The notes: generated by a model from the sequence alone, not told the origin. DNA of 35,809 nucleotides from Candidatus Cloacimonadota bacterium (GCA_029934195.1 JAOZMQ010000001.1:1-35809), one strand, 5' to 3'; positions 9,039-18,174 are shown, counted from the first letter of the stretch. Translations and numbers: made by a program.

Positions 9039-9100
9039 CAGAATCTCCTTATTTATATAAGTCACTGTCACGAAATAACATTGACGATATTATTTTTATA

Positions 9101-9150
9101 TCGCTACTCTGTAGCTTACTTTTCTTTTTAACTTTATCCAAAGCTAACGC
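9101..9150. repeat. Copy B (inverted orientation) of the ~45-nt hairpin repeat seen at 1-45
   Basis: The plus strand reads TCGCTACTCTGTAGCTTACTTTTCTTTTTAACTTTATCCAAAGCTAACGC. This is the hairpin GCTAC-TCT-GTAGC followed by a T-rich tract, so it looks terminator-like on the plus strand although no plus-strand gene lies upstream. Confidence 0.7.
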
Positions 9151-9272
9151 ATTGGACTACAAAAACGTCGCTTCTATGAAGCTGAGAAATAAATGATTTC
9201 CCAATTAATCTTTCTTCATTAACTTCATTTCCTTAATAGTTAGAAAGTTCATTTTCATTCAAAAACTACTTA

Positions 9273-9821
9273 TTACATTTCTATAATTTCCTTAAATGAA
9301 AGTAATTTGTTGTCTTTATCTGAAATTATCGGATTAGCAATTGGCCATTTTACTCCAATATCCGGATCATTCCAAATAATACCGCAATCAGAAGATGGAG
9401 AAAATTCCGCTGTAACTTTGTATCCGATGATTGCATCTTTACTTAAAACGCAAAATCCATGAGCAAATCCGGGTGGAATATAAAGCATTTGAGGTTTTCC
9501 TGTATCAAGCTTTATTCCAATCCATTTTCCAAGAGTTGGAGAATCTTTTCTCATATCAACAGCAACATCAAAAATTTCTCCTTTATAAGGCATAACTAAT
9601 TTACCTTGCGAATATGGTTCTTTTTGAAAATGAAGACCTCTCAAGACATTTTGTACTGAAAATGAATAATTATCTTGAACAAAATCAACATCAATCCCAT
9701 TATCAAGAAATTCTGATTTTTTATAAGTTTCCATGAAATAACCACGATTATCCTGAAAGTTTTTGATTTCGATTAAGATTATTTCAGGAATTTCTAATGA
9801 TTTAAAAAACGTAAAAGGCAT
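9273..9821 (-). CDS. rfbC: dTDP-4-dehydrorhamnose 3,5-epimerase
   Basis: Cupin epimerase motifs: DNRGYFMETY, LRGLHFQ, QGKLV, PPGFAHGF, YKVT. Length is 182 aa. Confidence 0.93.
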   Translation of the reverse strand: MPFTFFKSLEIPEIILIEIKNFQDNRGYFMETYKKSEFLDNGIDVDFVQDNYSFSVQNVLRGLHFQKEPYSQGKLVMPYKGEIFDVAVDMRKDSPTLGKWIGIKLDTGKPQMLYIPPGFAHGFCVLSKDAIIGYKVTAEFSPSSDCGIIWNDPDIGVKWPIANPIISDKDNKLLSFKEIIEM

Positions 9822-9925
9822 AATTTTTCTCCTCCAAAATATATATTAAGATTGGATAATTTTTCTATTATAATTAATTCACTGTTCAAATTACATTTCA
9901 ATTAAGCACTCTTTCGCAGCAGTTG

Positions 9926-12394
9926 CTAATTGTTTTCATTCTCAATAAAATCTTTCAATATCTGAAACTCTGTTTTAAAGTTATTGAATATTGCTTCTAA
10001 TTCATCAAATCTTTTATCTGTAATATATTTTTCAATATCTCCTGCAAGATTTGCTATTCTCATTGCAAAAAGATTTGCAGCACCACCTCTTATTTTGTGC
10101 ATCTCCATTTGTACAAGAGTAAATTCCTTGTTCTGAATATTCTTGGTCATTTCAGAAATTTGATCTTCAAGAGTTTCTAAAAATTTATTAAGAACAGTAA
10201 AAAAAATCTCTTCTTCTTCATCAAAATCTCTAATTCCATCTGCGATATTTATAGGATTACTTGTATCGTCAATTGTTTCTTTTAAAGGTTCATCAGTCAA
10301 AATGGTCTTCTTCTCAAATAGAAAAGTATCTTTACCAATTGTCCTTATCCATTTTAGAAGTGTTTGCAAAAATGTAATTTTTCTAATTGGCTTTGTAATA
10401 ACATCATTCATCATTTTTTGGAGACATTTTTCTCGCGTTCCCGGATCAGCATGAGCTGTTAACCCAATTATAATTGCATTTGATGAAGGAGATTTAAGTT
10501 GCCGGATGTTTTCTACTGCTTTATATCCATCCATTATTGGCATTTGAAGATCCATCAAAATTAAATCATAATCCTCGATTTGGCAAGCTCTAAGGGCTTC
10601 ATATCCATTATTTACAATATCAGGAAATAATTTTAGAGACTTCAAATACATCTTTACAACTTCTTGGTTTGGTAAATAATCTTCTGCAATTAGAATTTTC
10701 AGCCCCTTGTTTTCAATAATTTCATCATAGATTTCTTTACTGTCAAAATCAGGTTCAATTTCGAGATCATCTTTTGAAGCAAGAGCCAAAGATATCTCAA
10801 ACCAAAAAGTGCTTCCTTTTCCCAATGTGCTTTCAACTCCAATTTGTCCATTCATTAGTTCTACAAATTGTTTAGAAATTGTTGTACCTAATCCGGTTCC
10901 TCCATAAATTCTTGTTGTACTTCCATCAGCCTGCGTAAAAGGCTCAAATATCAAATTTATTTTTTCAGAAGGAATTCCAATTCCAGTGTCAATAATTGAA
11001 AATTTAAGATAACAATTTCCACCAATAATTCCTGACTTTTCTACAAATATGCCCACAAAACCATTAGAAGTAAATTTAATAGCATTTCCAGTAAGATTCA
11101 TCAAAATTTGAGTAATTCTAAGAGGATCACCAAAAAAATATTTTGGGACATCATCTTGGACATCTACCGTAAATTCCAATCCCTTTCCCTGTGCTTTGAT
11201 TTTAATAATATCAGCAAAATGCTCAATTAATTGTCTAATATCAAAAGGTTTGAAATCCAAAACAATTTTTCCGGCTTCAAGCTTAGAGTGATCAAGAAGG
11301 TCATTTATAAGCATTAAAAGAATCTCAGATTCTCGTAAAATCATTGAGGAATTAAGATGAATCTTTTTTATAGAATCTTCTTGGCTAATAAGTTCCGTAA
11401 ATCCCATAATACAATTTAAGGGTGTTCGAATTTCATGAGAAATATTTGATAAAAAAATTGATTTCGCACTATTTGCAGATTCGGCTACTTCTTTTGCTAA
11501 CCTTAGAGAAGCAAAGGTCTTTTTCTTTTCTGTAATCTCTCTAAAATTCCATATTCGCCCATAATATTCATCCCACGATGAAAACACACGAGAACGATAC
11601 ACTTCATAAAAACGTCCATCTAATAGATGTAATTCTCGCATCAAGATATTTTCTCCTACATCTTCAGCGTTTTCTAAATTATCAAAAATAATACAATCTT
11701 CAGGATCAAAAACAATTTTTTTTATGACTTCTACAAAATTTTCGATTTTTTTATTTTGAATAATTTTTTCATCTATCCCCCACATTTTCAATAAATTATT
11801 GTTATAGAATATCACCTTTTCATTGTTGTCCGTGAGAATTATTCCATCTAAAGATGATTTCATCTGAGCGTAAAGAATTCTATTTAATTTATGAAATTCC
11901 AAATCAACATTTATTCGCTCTGAGATCTCTTCACTTAATTGTTTTTTAGATTCTTTTATTTGAAAATTCTTTTCTTTAATGATATTTTCTAACTTCTGAA
12001 AAGCAATTTCTTTGTCAGTTATTTTATTATCATTGATAATATTTTTAATGATACCATCAATAAAAAGAGGAGTTTTTGAAGCATCACAAATCAATTCTAC
12101 TTCGATAGTTGCCGTCTTTTTTTGAGCAGGTGAATTAAAATGTATGTTTCTTTCTGTAAATATCTTATCTTTAAGGATTTTTTCGCGGATACTTTTTATT
12201 TTATTATTATTCCAAAACCAATCTGGAACTATTGATTTATTGTGGTCTAAATTAATTCCCAGAAATAAATCAAAGACTGGATTACTATAGATTATTTCAC
12301 CTTTAAGAGACACCCTAAAAACCGCAATATTAGCGAGTTTTAACTGCTTCATCATAAATTCATTTGGTATAGATTTTATTACTTTATTTGGCAT
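9926..12394 (-). CDS. Hybrid sensor histidine kinase (PAS-PAS-HisKA-HATPase-REC-HPt), apparently cytoplasmic
   Basis: H-box: SHEIRTPLN. N/G boxes: NLTGNAIKFT, DTGIGI, GGTGLG. Receiver: LIAEDYLPNQ...DLILMDLQMPIMDG...K. The C-terminal HPt is MHKIRGGAANL. No obvious transmembrane segment. Confidence 0.9.
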   Translation of the reverse strand: MPNKVIKSIPNEFMMKQLKLANIAVFRVSLKGEIIYSNPVFDLFLGINLDHNKSIVPDWFWNNNKIKSIREKILKDKIFTERNIHFNSPAQKKTATIEVELICDASKTPLFIDGIIKNIINDNKITDKEIAFQKLENIIKEKNFQIKESKKQLSEEISERINVDLEFHKLNRILYAQMKSSLDGIILTDNNEKVIFYNNNLLKMWGIDEKIIQNKKIENFVEVIKKIVFDPEDCIIFDNLENAEDVGENILMRELHLLDGRFYEVYRSRVFSSWDEYYGRIWNFREITEKKKTFASLRLAKEVAESANSAKSIFLSNISHEIRTPLNCIMGFTELISQEDSIKKIHLNSSMILRESEILLMLINDLLDHSKLEAGKIVLDFKPFDIRQLIEHFADIIKIKAQGKGLEFTVDVQDDVPKYFFGDPLRITQILMNLTGNAIKFTSNGFVGIFVEKSGIIGGNCYLKFSIIDTGIGIPSEKINLIFEPFTQADGSTTRIYGGTGLGTTISKQFVELMNGQIGVESTLGKGSTFWFEISLALASKDDLEIEPDFDSKEIYDEIIENKGLKILIAEDYLPNQEVVKMYLKSLKLFPDIVNNGYEALRACQIEDYDLILMDLQMPIMDGYKAVENIRQLKSPSSNAIIIGLTAHADPGTREKCLQKMMNDVITKPIRKITFLQTLLKWIRTIGKDTFLFEKKTILTDEPLKETIDDTSNPINIADGIRDFDEEEEIFFTVLNKFLETLEDQISEMTKNIQNKEFTLVQMEMHKIRGGAANLFAMRIANLAGDIEKYITDKRFDELEAIFNNFKTEFQILKDFIENENN

Positions 12395-12415
12395 TTATAT
12401 CTTCCATTTTTAAAA

Positions 12416-13270
12416 TTATTCTATAAAAGAAATCATCTCATCATAATTTTTTGCAATATCACTAATTATTTTAGGAAATTCTTTTTCCGGAATTTTTATC
12501 ATTCCCCAAACAGTACTCGGAATAGGTTCTACAAGATAATCAATCTTTTTCCCCAATTCCATTCCTTTAACAATATTATTTGCAATTGTAACTATGGAGA
12601 TAAATTCCTTATATTTTGATTCTCCAAGATGGTGGTGAAAACGAATACTATCGACAATGATGTTTGGAAAATTCCACTCTTTTGCAAAGAAAGCTCCAAT
12701 CTCTTGATGAGTTATTCCGAGAACTTTTTTTTCCACAGGCAATAATCTTTTTAATGGATCTTCTTCTACCATTTTGCAAATTTCTTTGGTTTCTTCTTTA
12801 AGATATCCAAATATAATAAAAGAACCAAGGTCATGAAGTAAACCGGCAGTAAACATTATCTCTTTCAATTTTGGATTTATATAGTTACACAAAATTTGAG
12901 AAGCAATACCAACCGCGAGACTGTGTTTCCAAAGATTAGCCCATAATTCTTGAGGTTGGAAATGAAAAGCCTGTTCAAGAACTTTTGATGTTAAGATTTT
13001 CTGAATATTTGAAAACCCTAAAATGGCTAAAGCATGTTTTACATCTGCAATTTTTTTTACCATTCCGAAAGAACTTGCATTTGCAGAACGAAGTATTGTT
13101 GCAGCCATCATCGCATCTTTATTGATTAATTCCGCAACTTGAGGGACCTCTGTATTCGGATCTTTTAATAAAGCATTTAACTCAATTAAAACAGATTTCA
13201 ATGAAAAAGTCAGATTATCATTTTGACTTAGTTCTCGTAATTTACTGATGATCGGAATTTTCTGATTCAT
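12416..13270 (-). CDS. HDOD domain protein
   Basis: It has the HDOD-like layout, with AGLLHDLG, HQEIGAFFAKEWNFP and RFHH motifs. It sits between the response regulator and the hybrid kinase. Confidence 0.85.
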   Translation of the reverse strand: MNQKIPIISKLRELSQNDNLTFSLKSVLIELNALLKDPNTEVPQVAELINKDAMMAATILRSANASSFGMVKKIADVKHALAILGFSNIQKILTSKVLEQAFHFQPQELWANLWKHSLAVGIASQILCNYINPKLKEIMFTAGLLHDLGSFIIFGYLKEETKEICKMVEEDPLKRLLPVEKKVLGITHQEIGAFFAKEWNFPNIIVDSIRFHHHLGESKYKEFISIVTIANNIVKGMELGKKIDYLVEPIPSTVWGMIKIPEKEFPKIISDIAKNYDEMISFIE

Positions 13271-13877
13271 CTAATATTCTCCATAATTCATTATCTGTGA
13301 TAGCATCTAAAAGTGACAACATCTTCTTGTCGTCCATGCACAATTGAAAAATATCCTTTTTATGAAACCGAATTTCTTGTTTTATTTGATATTTCTCTTT
13401 CTTGTTTTTTTGAGTTGATTGTGATAGAATTTCTGCTATCATTTTATCTACTTCAGTTTGTCTTTCAGGTATAAGAATTTTCTTTTTGTCTGATGGAATA
13501 ATTTCAAGATCTTGTAGTTTTTTTATAATTATTTCTTTTCTTGTAGGTTTGACCAAAAATGAATCTACATTATATTCATTTGCCCGTCGAACATTGAAAA
13601 TATTTCCGTCTGAAGTAATCATAACTTTTTTTATATGTGCAATATTTCTACTATTCTCTAAATAATTCACCTTTCGAACAAGCTCAAAACCATCAATGTC
13701 AGGTAAATTAATATCTACAATAATCAAATCAAAGACATCATTTGCTTTTACTGATTCTACAATTAACTCGAACGCTTGAGTAGCATGAGTTGCCACAGTA
13801 CATTCGGCATATTTAATAAGAATAGTTGTCAATTTTGTGATACTGACAAAATCATCATCAACAATTAATAATTTCAA
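13242..13877 (-). CDS. Response regulator, REC domain plus uncharacterised ~90-aa C-terminal region
   Basis: MKLLIVDDD, DLIIVDINLPDIDG and a conserved K in FLVKP are present. The C-terminal half has no motif I recognise. It overlaps the HDOD gene by 29 nt. Confidence 0.85.
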   Translation of the reverse strand: MKLLIVDDDFVSITKLTTILIKYAECTVATHATQAFELIVESVKANDVFDLIIVDINLPDIDGFELVRKVNYLENSRNIAHIKKVMITSDGNIFNVRRANEYNVDSFLVKPTRKEIIIKKLQDLEIIPSDKKKILIPERQTEVDKMIAEILSQSTQKNKKEKYQIKQEIRFHKKDIFQLCMDDKKMLSLLDAITDNELWRILDESENSDHQ

Positions 13878-14043
13878 TAGAAACCTTCTTTATTTGGGAG
13901 TGAACAAAATAAATCATATACTATATGAGCTCACTTTTAAGAATTATCTAACCACAAAAGCACAAAAAAGATAAATCTACTTTCTTTGTGGTATAGACAA
14001 AAAAGTCACCCATAAATTTCTTCTTAAACAAACGAATCCAACT

Positions 14044-15048
14044 CTAATTTTTATTCCATAAAGTCAATAAAGAATTTAGAGGTTCCAAAATTGAATCAAG
14101 CATTTGATAATTGATAGTTTGTCGGCTATCACAAATTGCTTTATTTGGAGATGGATGAACTTCAATTATTAGACCGTCAGCACCTGCAGCAATGGCAGCC
14201 CAACTCATTGATTTTATCATTTCTCTTTTACCGGTACTATGAGACGGATCAATAATTATGGGCAAATTGCTTAATTTTTTTACAGCCGGAATTGCTGATA
14301 AATCAAGAGTGTTACGAGTATAATTTTCAAAGGTTCTGATACCACGTTCACATAAAATCACATTTGGATTACCACTATTAATTATATGTTCGGCAGCCAA
14401 TAACCATTCTTCAATCGTACTTGCCATTCCTCGTTTTAGAATAATTGGATTCTTGATTTTTCCTAACCGCGATAACAATCTATAATTGTGCATATTACGA
14501 GTTCCAACTTGCAGAATATCAATATTTTGAGACATCAAATCAATATGTTCAACACAAATAATTTCTGAGACTGAGATCAAGCCGGTTTCTTCACAGACTC
14601 TTTTCATATATTCAATTCCCTTTATTCCGAGACCAGGAAAACTATAAGGAGAAGTTCTTAATTTAAAAGCACCGCCTCGAAGAAATTTCAGACCCTTGGA
14701 TTTAATAAAATCTGCTGTATCCTTTAGTTGTTGATAGTCTTCGATAGTGCAAGGACCGGCAATAAAGCTAAAAGAATCTCTGCCTATAATTGTATCTTTA
14801 ACTACTATTTTGATTGGATTATTTTTAGAAGAGACTTTTTGATATTCATTTTCAATACGTACTATTTTTTCCACAATTGGAAAAGCCTCTAATTCCAAGT
14901 ACGAGAGCATTGATTGATTTTCGGTAATCAATAAAACAGAACGATTATCGGACTTGGTTTTAGTAAAACTGCATCCTTTTGAAACAATAAAATCTACTAA
15001 GTCATCAATTGCTTTTTCATCTATTAATTTATCTAAAACTATTATCAT
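14044..15048 (-). CDS. aroF: 3-deoxy-7-phosphoheptulonate (DAHP) synthase, type I-beta, with N-terminal ferredoxin-like regulatory extension
   Basis: Motifs: GPCTIE, GAFKLRTSPYSFPGLG, QVGTRNM, ILKRG, LCERGIRTFE, IIDPSHS. The ~65-aa N-terminal extension and the 334-aa length resemble the Thermotoga-type enzyme rather than KDO8P synthase. GAGG lies 5 nt before the ATG. Confidence 0.85.
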   Translation of the reverse strand: MIIVLDKLIDEKAIDDLVDFIVSKGCSFTKTKSDNRSVLLITENQSMLSYLELEAFPIVEKIVRIENEYQKVSSKNNPIKIVVKDTIIGRDSFSFIAGPCTIEDYQQLKDTADFIKSKGLKFLRGGAFKLRTSPYSFPGLGIKGIEYMKRVCEETGLISVSEIICVEHIDLMSQNIDILQVGTRNMHNYRLLSRLGKIKNPIILKRGMASTIEEWLLAAEHIINSGNPNVILCERGIRTFENYTRNTLDLSAIPAVKKLSNLPIIIDPSHSTGKREMIKSMSWAAIAAGADGLIIEVHPSPNKAICDSRQTINYQMLDSILEPLNSLLTLWNKN

Positions 15049-15100
15049 CTCGACCTCAATCTAAATTCTTAATCATTATTGCTTATCTCTACATTGATCC

Positions 15101-17062
15101 TTAGAGATTACAAGTTTCAGAAGAAAACACTCCATATTGTAATCCTCTTTCATTTACTAAAAAAAAATTCTTCCGTGTTTTATGCAAGATTTCTTTAATA
15201 ATTATTATTCCAAAGAGAATTAGTTCAGCACGAGCTTTGTCAAATGGCATCAATCTTTCAATATCTTGTTGAGAAGAATTGCGGAAAAGAAATTCCATTT
15301 TTTTAATATCTTCAATTGATAGCTTGGATTTATGAACTTTTTGGGGGATATATCTTTTGAGTTTACATTTTGTTGCACTTAAATTACAAACAGCTCCCCC
15401 AATACCAATAACAATATAATTTTCCATCTCTAATTTAGACAAAAAATCCAAAGCTGAAGATATTTTTTTTTCAATTTCGGAATAATCATTATTAAATTCT
15501 GTTTCTAATTTTCGTAAACCTATGGGAATACTTTTTGTCTGAACAATTTTTTTATTCTTGATTATGCAAAAATCAATGCTTCCTCCACCAATATCAAAAG
15601 TTAAAATCTTTGGTAACTCTGGGAATTCTATAATAGAAGCAAATCCTGCAAATTTAGCTTCTTCAAATTCAGATAAAATCCATAAATCAAGATTAAATTC
15701 TTTTCTCAAATAATCAGAGATGATACTAATATTTTTTGCTTCACGGGAACAACTTGATCCGGTAATAATTATATCATCACTAAAAGCGATAGAAAATTCC
15801 ACATGTTTTTTAAGGATTTTTTTTGTTTTATTTAATCCTTCGGAAGTCAATATTCTGTTTTCCATTCCTTTGCCAAGAGCACTTGTCTCCGCAACTCGAT
15901 GACAACTTATAATTTTGTCTCCTTTTTTTTCACCCCACAAAGTTAGTACATTATTTGTTCCCATATCAATTATTACTTTTTTGTTTTTTTTATTCTTGAA
16001 AAAGAATTTTATACATTCTATAGCTATTTTTTTATTTTGATTCACGAATTTCGATTCATAGTTCTGTTTAATATTCAATGTTTCAAAGATTTTTTCCCAA
16101 TTAGTTTTTGCCAATTGCTGATGTGGAATATAAAGAGAATTAGAATAATTTCTTAAACCTTTTTTTAGGATTATATCCTCTGAAAATTTTTCTCTATCTG
16201 AATAAATTAAAAAATTCCCGGATTGAACAACTTCAGCCAAAGTGCTATATCCCATTTTTGAAATAATCACATCAGAGTTATTTATCAGAAAAGAATAATT
16301 ATAACTGTCTGGAATATATCTAATATTTGGATGGTTCTTATGTGTATATTTTGTAAGAATTGTAATGTTTTTAACTTCTAAAAGTTTATTGATATTTATG
16401 AGATTTCCTGTTTCCCCGCCAAAAGATAATAACACAATTTTGTGAGTTTTCGGAATATTAAATTCCTGTAATAATTGGCTTCGTGCTTTTTTACTTTTTT
16501 TTGCAAGCAGTCCAAAAGATTCTATTTCAGAGAAGACATTCATACTCTTTTCATCTGAAAAGGGAAGTCTAATTGCCAAATCAGCATAAGAATAATATTC
16601 TAAAATATCTTCAAGGATTTTGTTGATTAAATCATTTTTGTGTAGCATCGTTCTATACATAAAATGCCAATCAAAATTGGAAATTGCTATTGATTTTATT
16701 CTGGATAATTTTGCAGCAGCAAATGCCAAAGGAGGAATGTCTCCAATTACAAGGTCAATTGATTTCTCTCGCAAAAATGATACTTCTTTTTCTATTATGG
16801 AATCTTTTGTTTGCCATAATTTTATCAATTTTTCTTCTGTTTTTTCTAAGTCGGGATAAATCCAGTTTTTCTGAAATAATCCAAAATCAATAGAAACTTC
16901 TCTCTTTTCAAAAAACTGAGGATTCAAATGTTTAAATAAAAAATCCGGTCTATCTGTAATAAGATAACAAAAAATTCCGACACTAATAAATTCTTCCGAT
17001 AAAGCTACCATTCTTGTAGCATGGCCAAATCCATGATTTGATATATATATAGCAATTTTCAT
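15101..17062 (-). CDS. Fusion protein: N-terminal GT-B-like domain (aa 1-~360) + C-terminal Ppx/GppA-family ASKHA phosphatase/kinase-like domain (aa ~363-653)
   Basis: The N-terminus has MKIAIYISNHGFGHATR, GDIPPLAFAAAKLSRIKSIAISNFDW and ISKMGYSTLAEV. The C-terminal half carries Ppx/GppA-like motifs: IIDMGTNNV, SEFEEAKFAGFAS, FDIGGGSIDF, GIGGAV, ARAELILFG. It is one uninterrupted ORF, and the domain junction lies near nt 15976. Confidence 0.7.
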   Translation of the reverse strand: MKIAIYISNHGFGHATRMVALSEEFISVGIFCYLITDRPDFLFKHLNPQFFEKREVSIDFGLFQKNWIYPDLEKTEEKLIKLWQTKDSIIEKEVSFLREKSIDLVIGDIPPLAFAAAKLSRIKSIAISNFDWHFMYRTMLHKNDLINKILEDILEYYSYADLAIRLPFSDEKSMNVFSEIESFGLLAKKSKKARSQLLQEFNIPKTHKIVLLSFGGETGNLININKLLEVKNITILTKYTHKNHPNIRYIPDSYNYSFLINNSDVIISKMGYSTLAEVVQSGNFLIYSDREKFSEDIILKKGLRNYSNSLYIPHQQLAKTNWEKIFETLNIKQNYESKFVNQNKKIAIECIKFFFKNKKNKKVIIDMGTNNVLTLWGEKKGDKIISCHRVAETSALGKGMENRILTSEGLNKTKKILKKHVEFSIAFSDDIIITGSSCSREAKNISIISDYLRKEFNLDLWILSEFEEAKFAGFASIIEFPELPKILTFDIGGGSIDFCIIKNKKIVQTKSIPIGLRKLETEFNNDYSEIEKKISSALDFLSKLEMENYIVIGIGGAVCNLSATKCKLKRYIPQKVHKSKLSIEDIKKMEFLFRNSSQQDIERLMPFDKARAELILFGIIIIKEILHKTRKNFFLVNERGLQYGVFSSETCNL

Positions 17063-17207
17063 TGTATTTCCTTTTAAAAATCAACTTTACGAATCCATTT
17101 TGAATTGAATTTAGCAAGACTGATTTTTGTCAAAGAAAATTTATGAGTAAAACAATGCCCACTGTCGAGATACAGATCCAGTATAAAGATTGTATCATCA
17201 TTTTGCC

Positions 17208-17234
17208 AAAAAAAAAGGGAGCATAAAAGCTCCC
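17208..17234 (-). terminator. Rho-independent terminator downstream of rplS
   Basis: The minus strand reads GGGAGC-TTTTAT-GCTCCC followed by T9. It begins 15 nt after the rplS stop. Confidence 0.8.
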
Positions 17235-17248
17235 AATTATATCATAAA

Positions 17249-17596
17249 TTAATATCTTTTCTTTTCTTTAACTCTTGCAGCTTTACCTTTAGCACGTCTA
17301 AGATAAAAGAGTTTTGCTCTACGAATATGACCAAATCTTACAACTTCCATTTTATCAATCAAAGGTGTATTTGCAGGAAATACTCTTTCAACAGCAACGC
17401 CATTACTAATTTTTCTAACTGTAAAAGTTTTTGAGATTCCCATACCTCTTTTTTGGATAACAATACCCTGAAAATTCTGGATACGTTCTTTGCTTCCTTC
17501 TTTGATTTTATAATGAACCTTGACGGTATCTCCAACTTTAAAATCCGGTAAATCGGTTCTCATTTGGGCTTTTCCGACCATTTGAACTAAATCCAT
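17249..17596 (-). CDS. rplS: 50S ribosomal protein L19
   Basis: [18 protein letters not shown]...[11 protein letters not shown]...[13 protein letters not shown] is typical of L19. AGGAGG lies upstream. Confidence 0.97.
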   Translation of the reverse strand: MDLVQMVGKAQMRTDLPDFKVGDTVKVHYKIKEGSKERIQNFQGIVIQKRGMGISKTFTVRKISNGVAVERVFPANTPLIDKMEVVRFGHIRRAKLFYLRRAKGKAARVKEKKRY

Positions 17597-17607
17597 GGTT
17601 CCTCCTT

Positions 17608-18174
17608 TTATTTTTCGGAAATAAGTCTGTCTAATATTATCGCAACAGCGCTTCTAACGGATAAATGATTATAATTACTTTCACCATAAATTGGCATTAA
17701 TACAAAATCTGCTTTGTCGTGAACTTCATTAGTTAGACCATTACCTGTTCCAAATAACAGTAAAACAGGTTTCTCATTTTCATTAATGATACTCTTCAAC
17801 AAACCAAATTCAATTTGATCATTCATCTTCACAGCTGTTGTCGAAACAACCAATGGACAAACTTTTTCCTGAATTTCTATTTTCTTTATTGCTTCATCAA
17901 TTGTAAGAGCATATCTAATAATAGATAGTGCTTCTACTCTATCAGAATTATATTTCAAGGCAATTTCGCTTTGCCAAAATTTATTTATTTTACGATACAA
18001 TTCTTGTTGACTTTCCAATCTATTAATCAAAAAATAATTTTCAACTCCAAAAGTCAAACAAGATCTTGAAATATCATGAACATCAAGATTCGTTATTGAT
18101 GTTGTAACTATTTCATTAAATTTATTATAAACTGGATTGTGTACTAATCCAAGAAAGAATTTACTCTTTTTCAT
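17608..18174 (-). CDS. Putative SPOUT-fold SAM-dependent RNA methyltransferase (Methyltrn_RNA_4-like)
   Basis: At 188 aa, the N-terminus [30 protein letters not shown] matches my recollection of the PF09936-type family. It lies between trmD and rplS and overlaps trmD by 14 nt. Family assignment is from memory only. Confidence 0.55.
   Translation of the reverse strand: MKKSKFFLGLVHNPVYNKFNEIVTTSITNLDVHDISRSCLTFGVENYFLINRLESQQELYRKINKFWQSEIALKYNSDRVEALSIIRYALTIDEAIKKIEIQEKVCPLVVSTTAVKMNDQIEFGLLKSIINENEKPVLLLFGTGNGLTNEVHDKADFVLMPIYGESNYNHLSVRSAVAIILDRLISEK

Noticed and set aside
1-9150. The inverted ~45-nt copies might be the terminal inverted repeats of a 9-kb transposon or composite element.
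   Set aside because: The interior holds only housekeeping genes (rlmD, GT2, nrdDG, PGK-like), with no transposase or integrase. No target-site duplication can be assessed because copy A sits at the window edge. A dispersed hairpin repeat is the simpler reading.
9161-9182. A GCTTC-ATA-GAAGC hairpin followed by GACGTTTTT on the minus strand, as a possible rfbC terminator.
   Set aside because: It has only a 5-bp stem, a 3-nt loop and an interrupted T-run. That is too weak to call a terminator with confidence, so I mention it only as context.
8909-9196. A 95-aa plus-strand ORF spans the PGK-like 5' end and the intergenic repeat.
   Set aside because: It is antisense to a well-supported gene for its first 130 nt. 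It has low-complexity composition, no RBS and no recognisable motif. Shadow ORFs like this are typical of AT-rich DNA.
13878-14043. A CCACAAA ... TTTGTGG inverted repeat (about 13950-13993) as a possible terminator between aroF and the response-regulator operon.
   Set aside because: The 7-bp arms are separated by a large loop (26 nt by my count) and there is no following T-tract on the minus strand. It is not distinguishable from chance in AT-rich DNA.
17128-17133. A TTGACA (minus strand) as the -35 element of a promoter for the GT-Ppx fusion gene.
   Set aside because: There is no acceptable -10 hexamer at 16-18 nt spacing, only ATTCAA or TAAATT at the wrong distance. The promoter consensus for this lineage is unknown.
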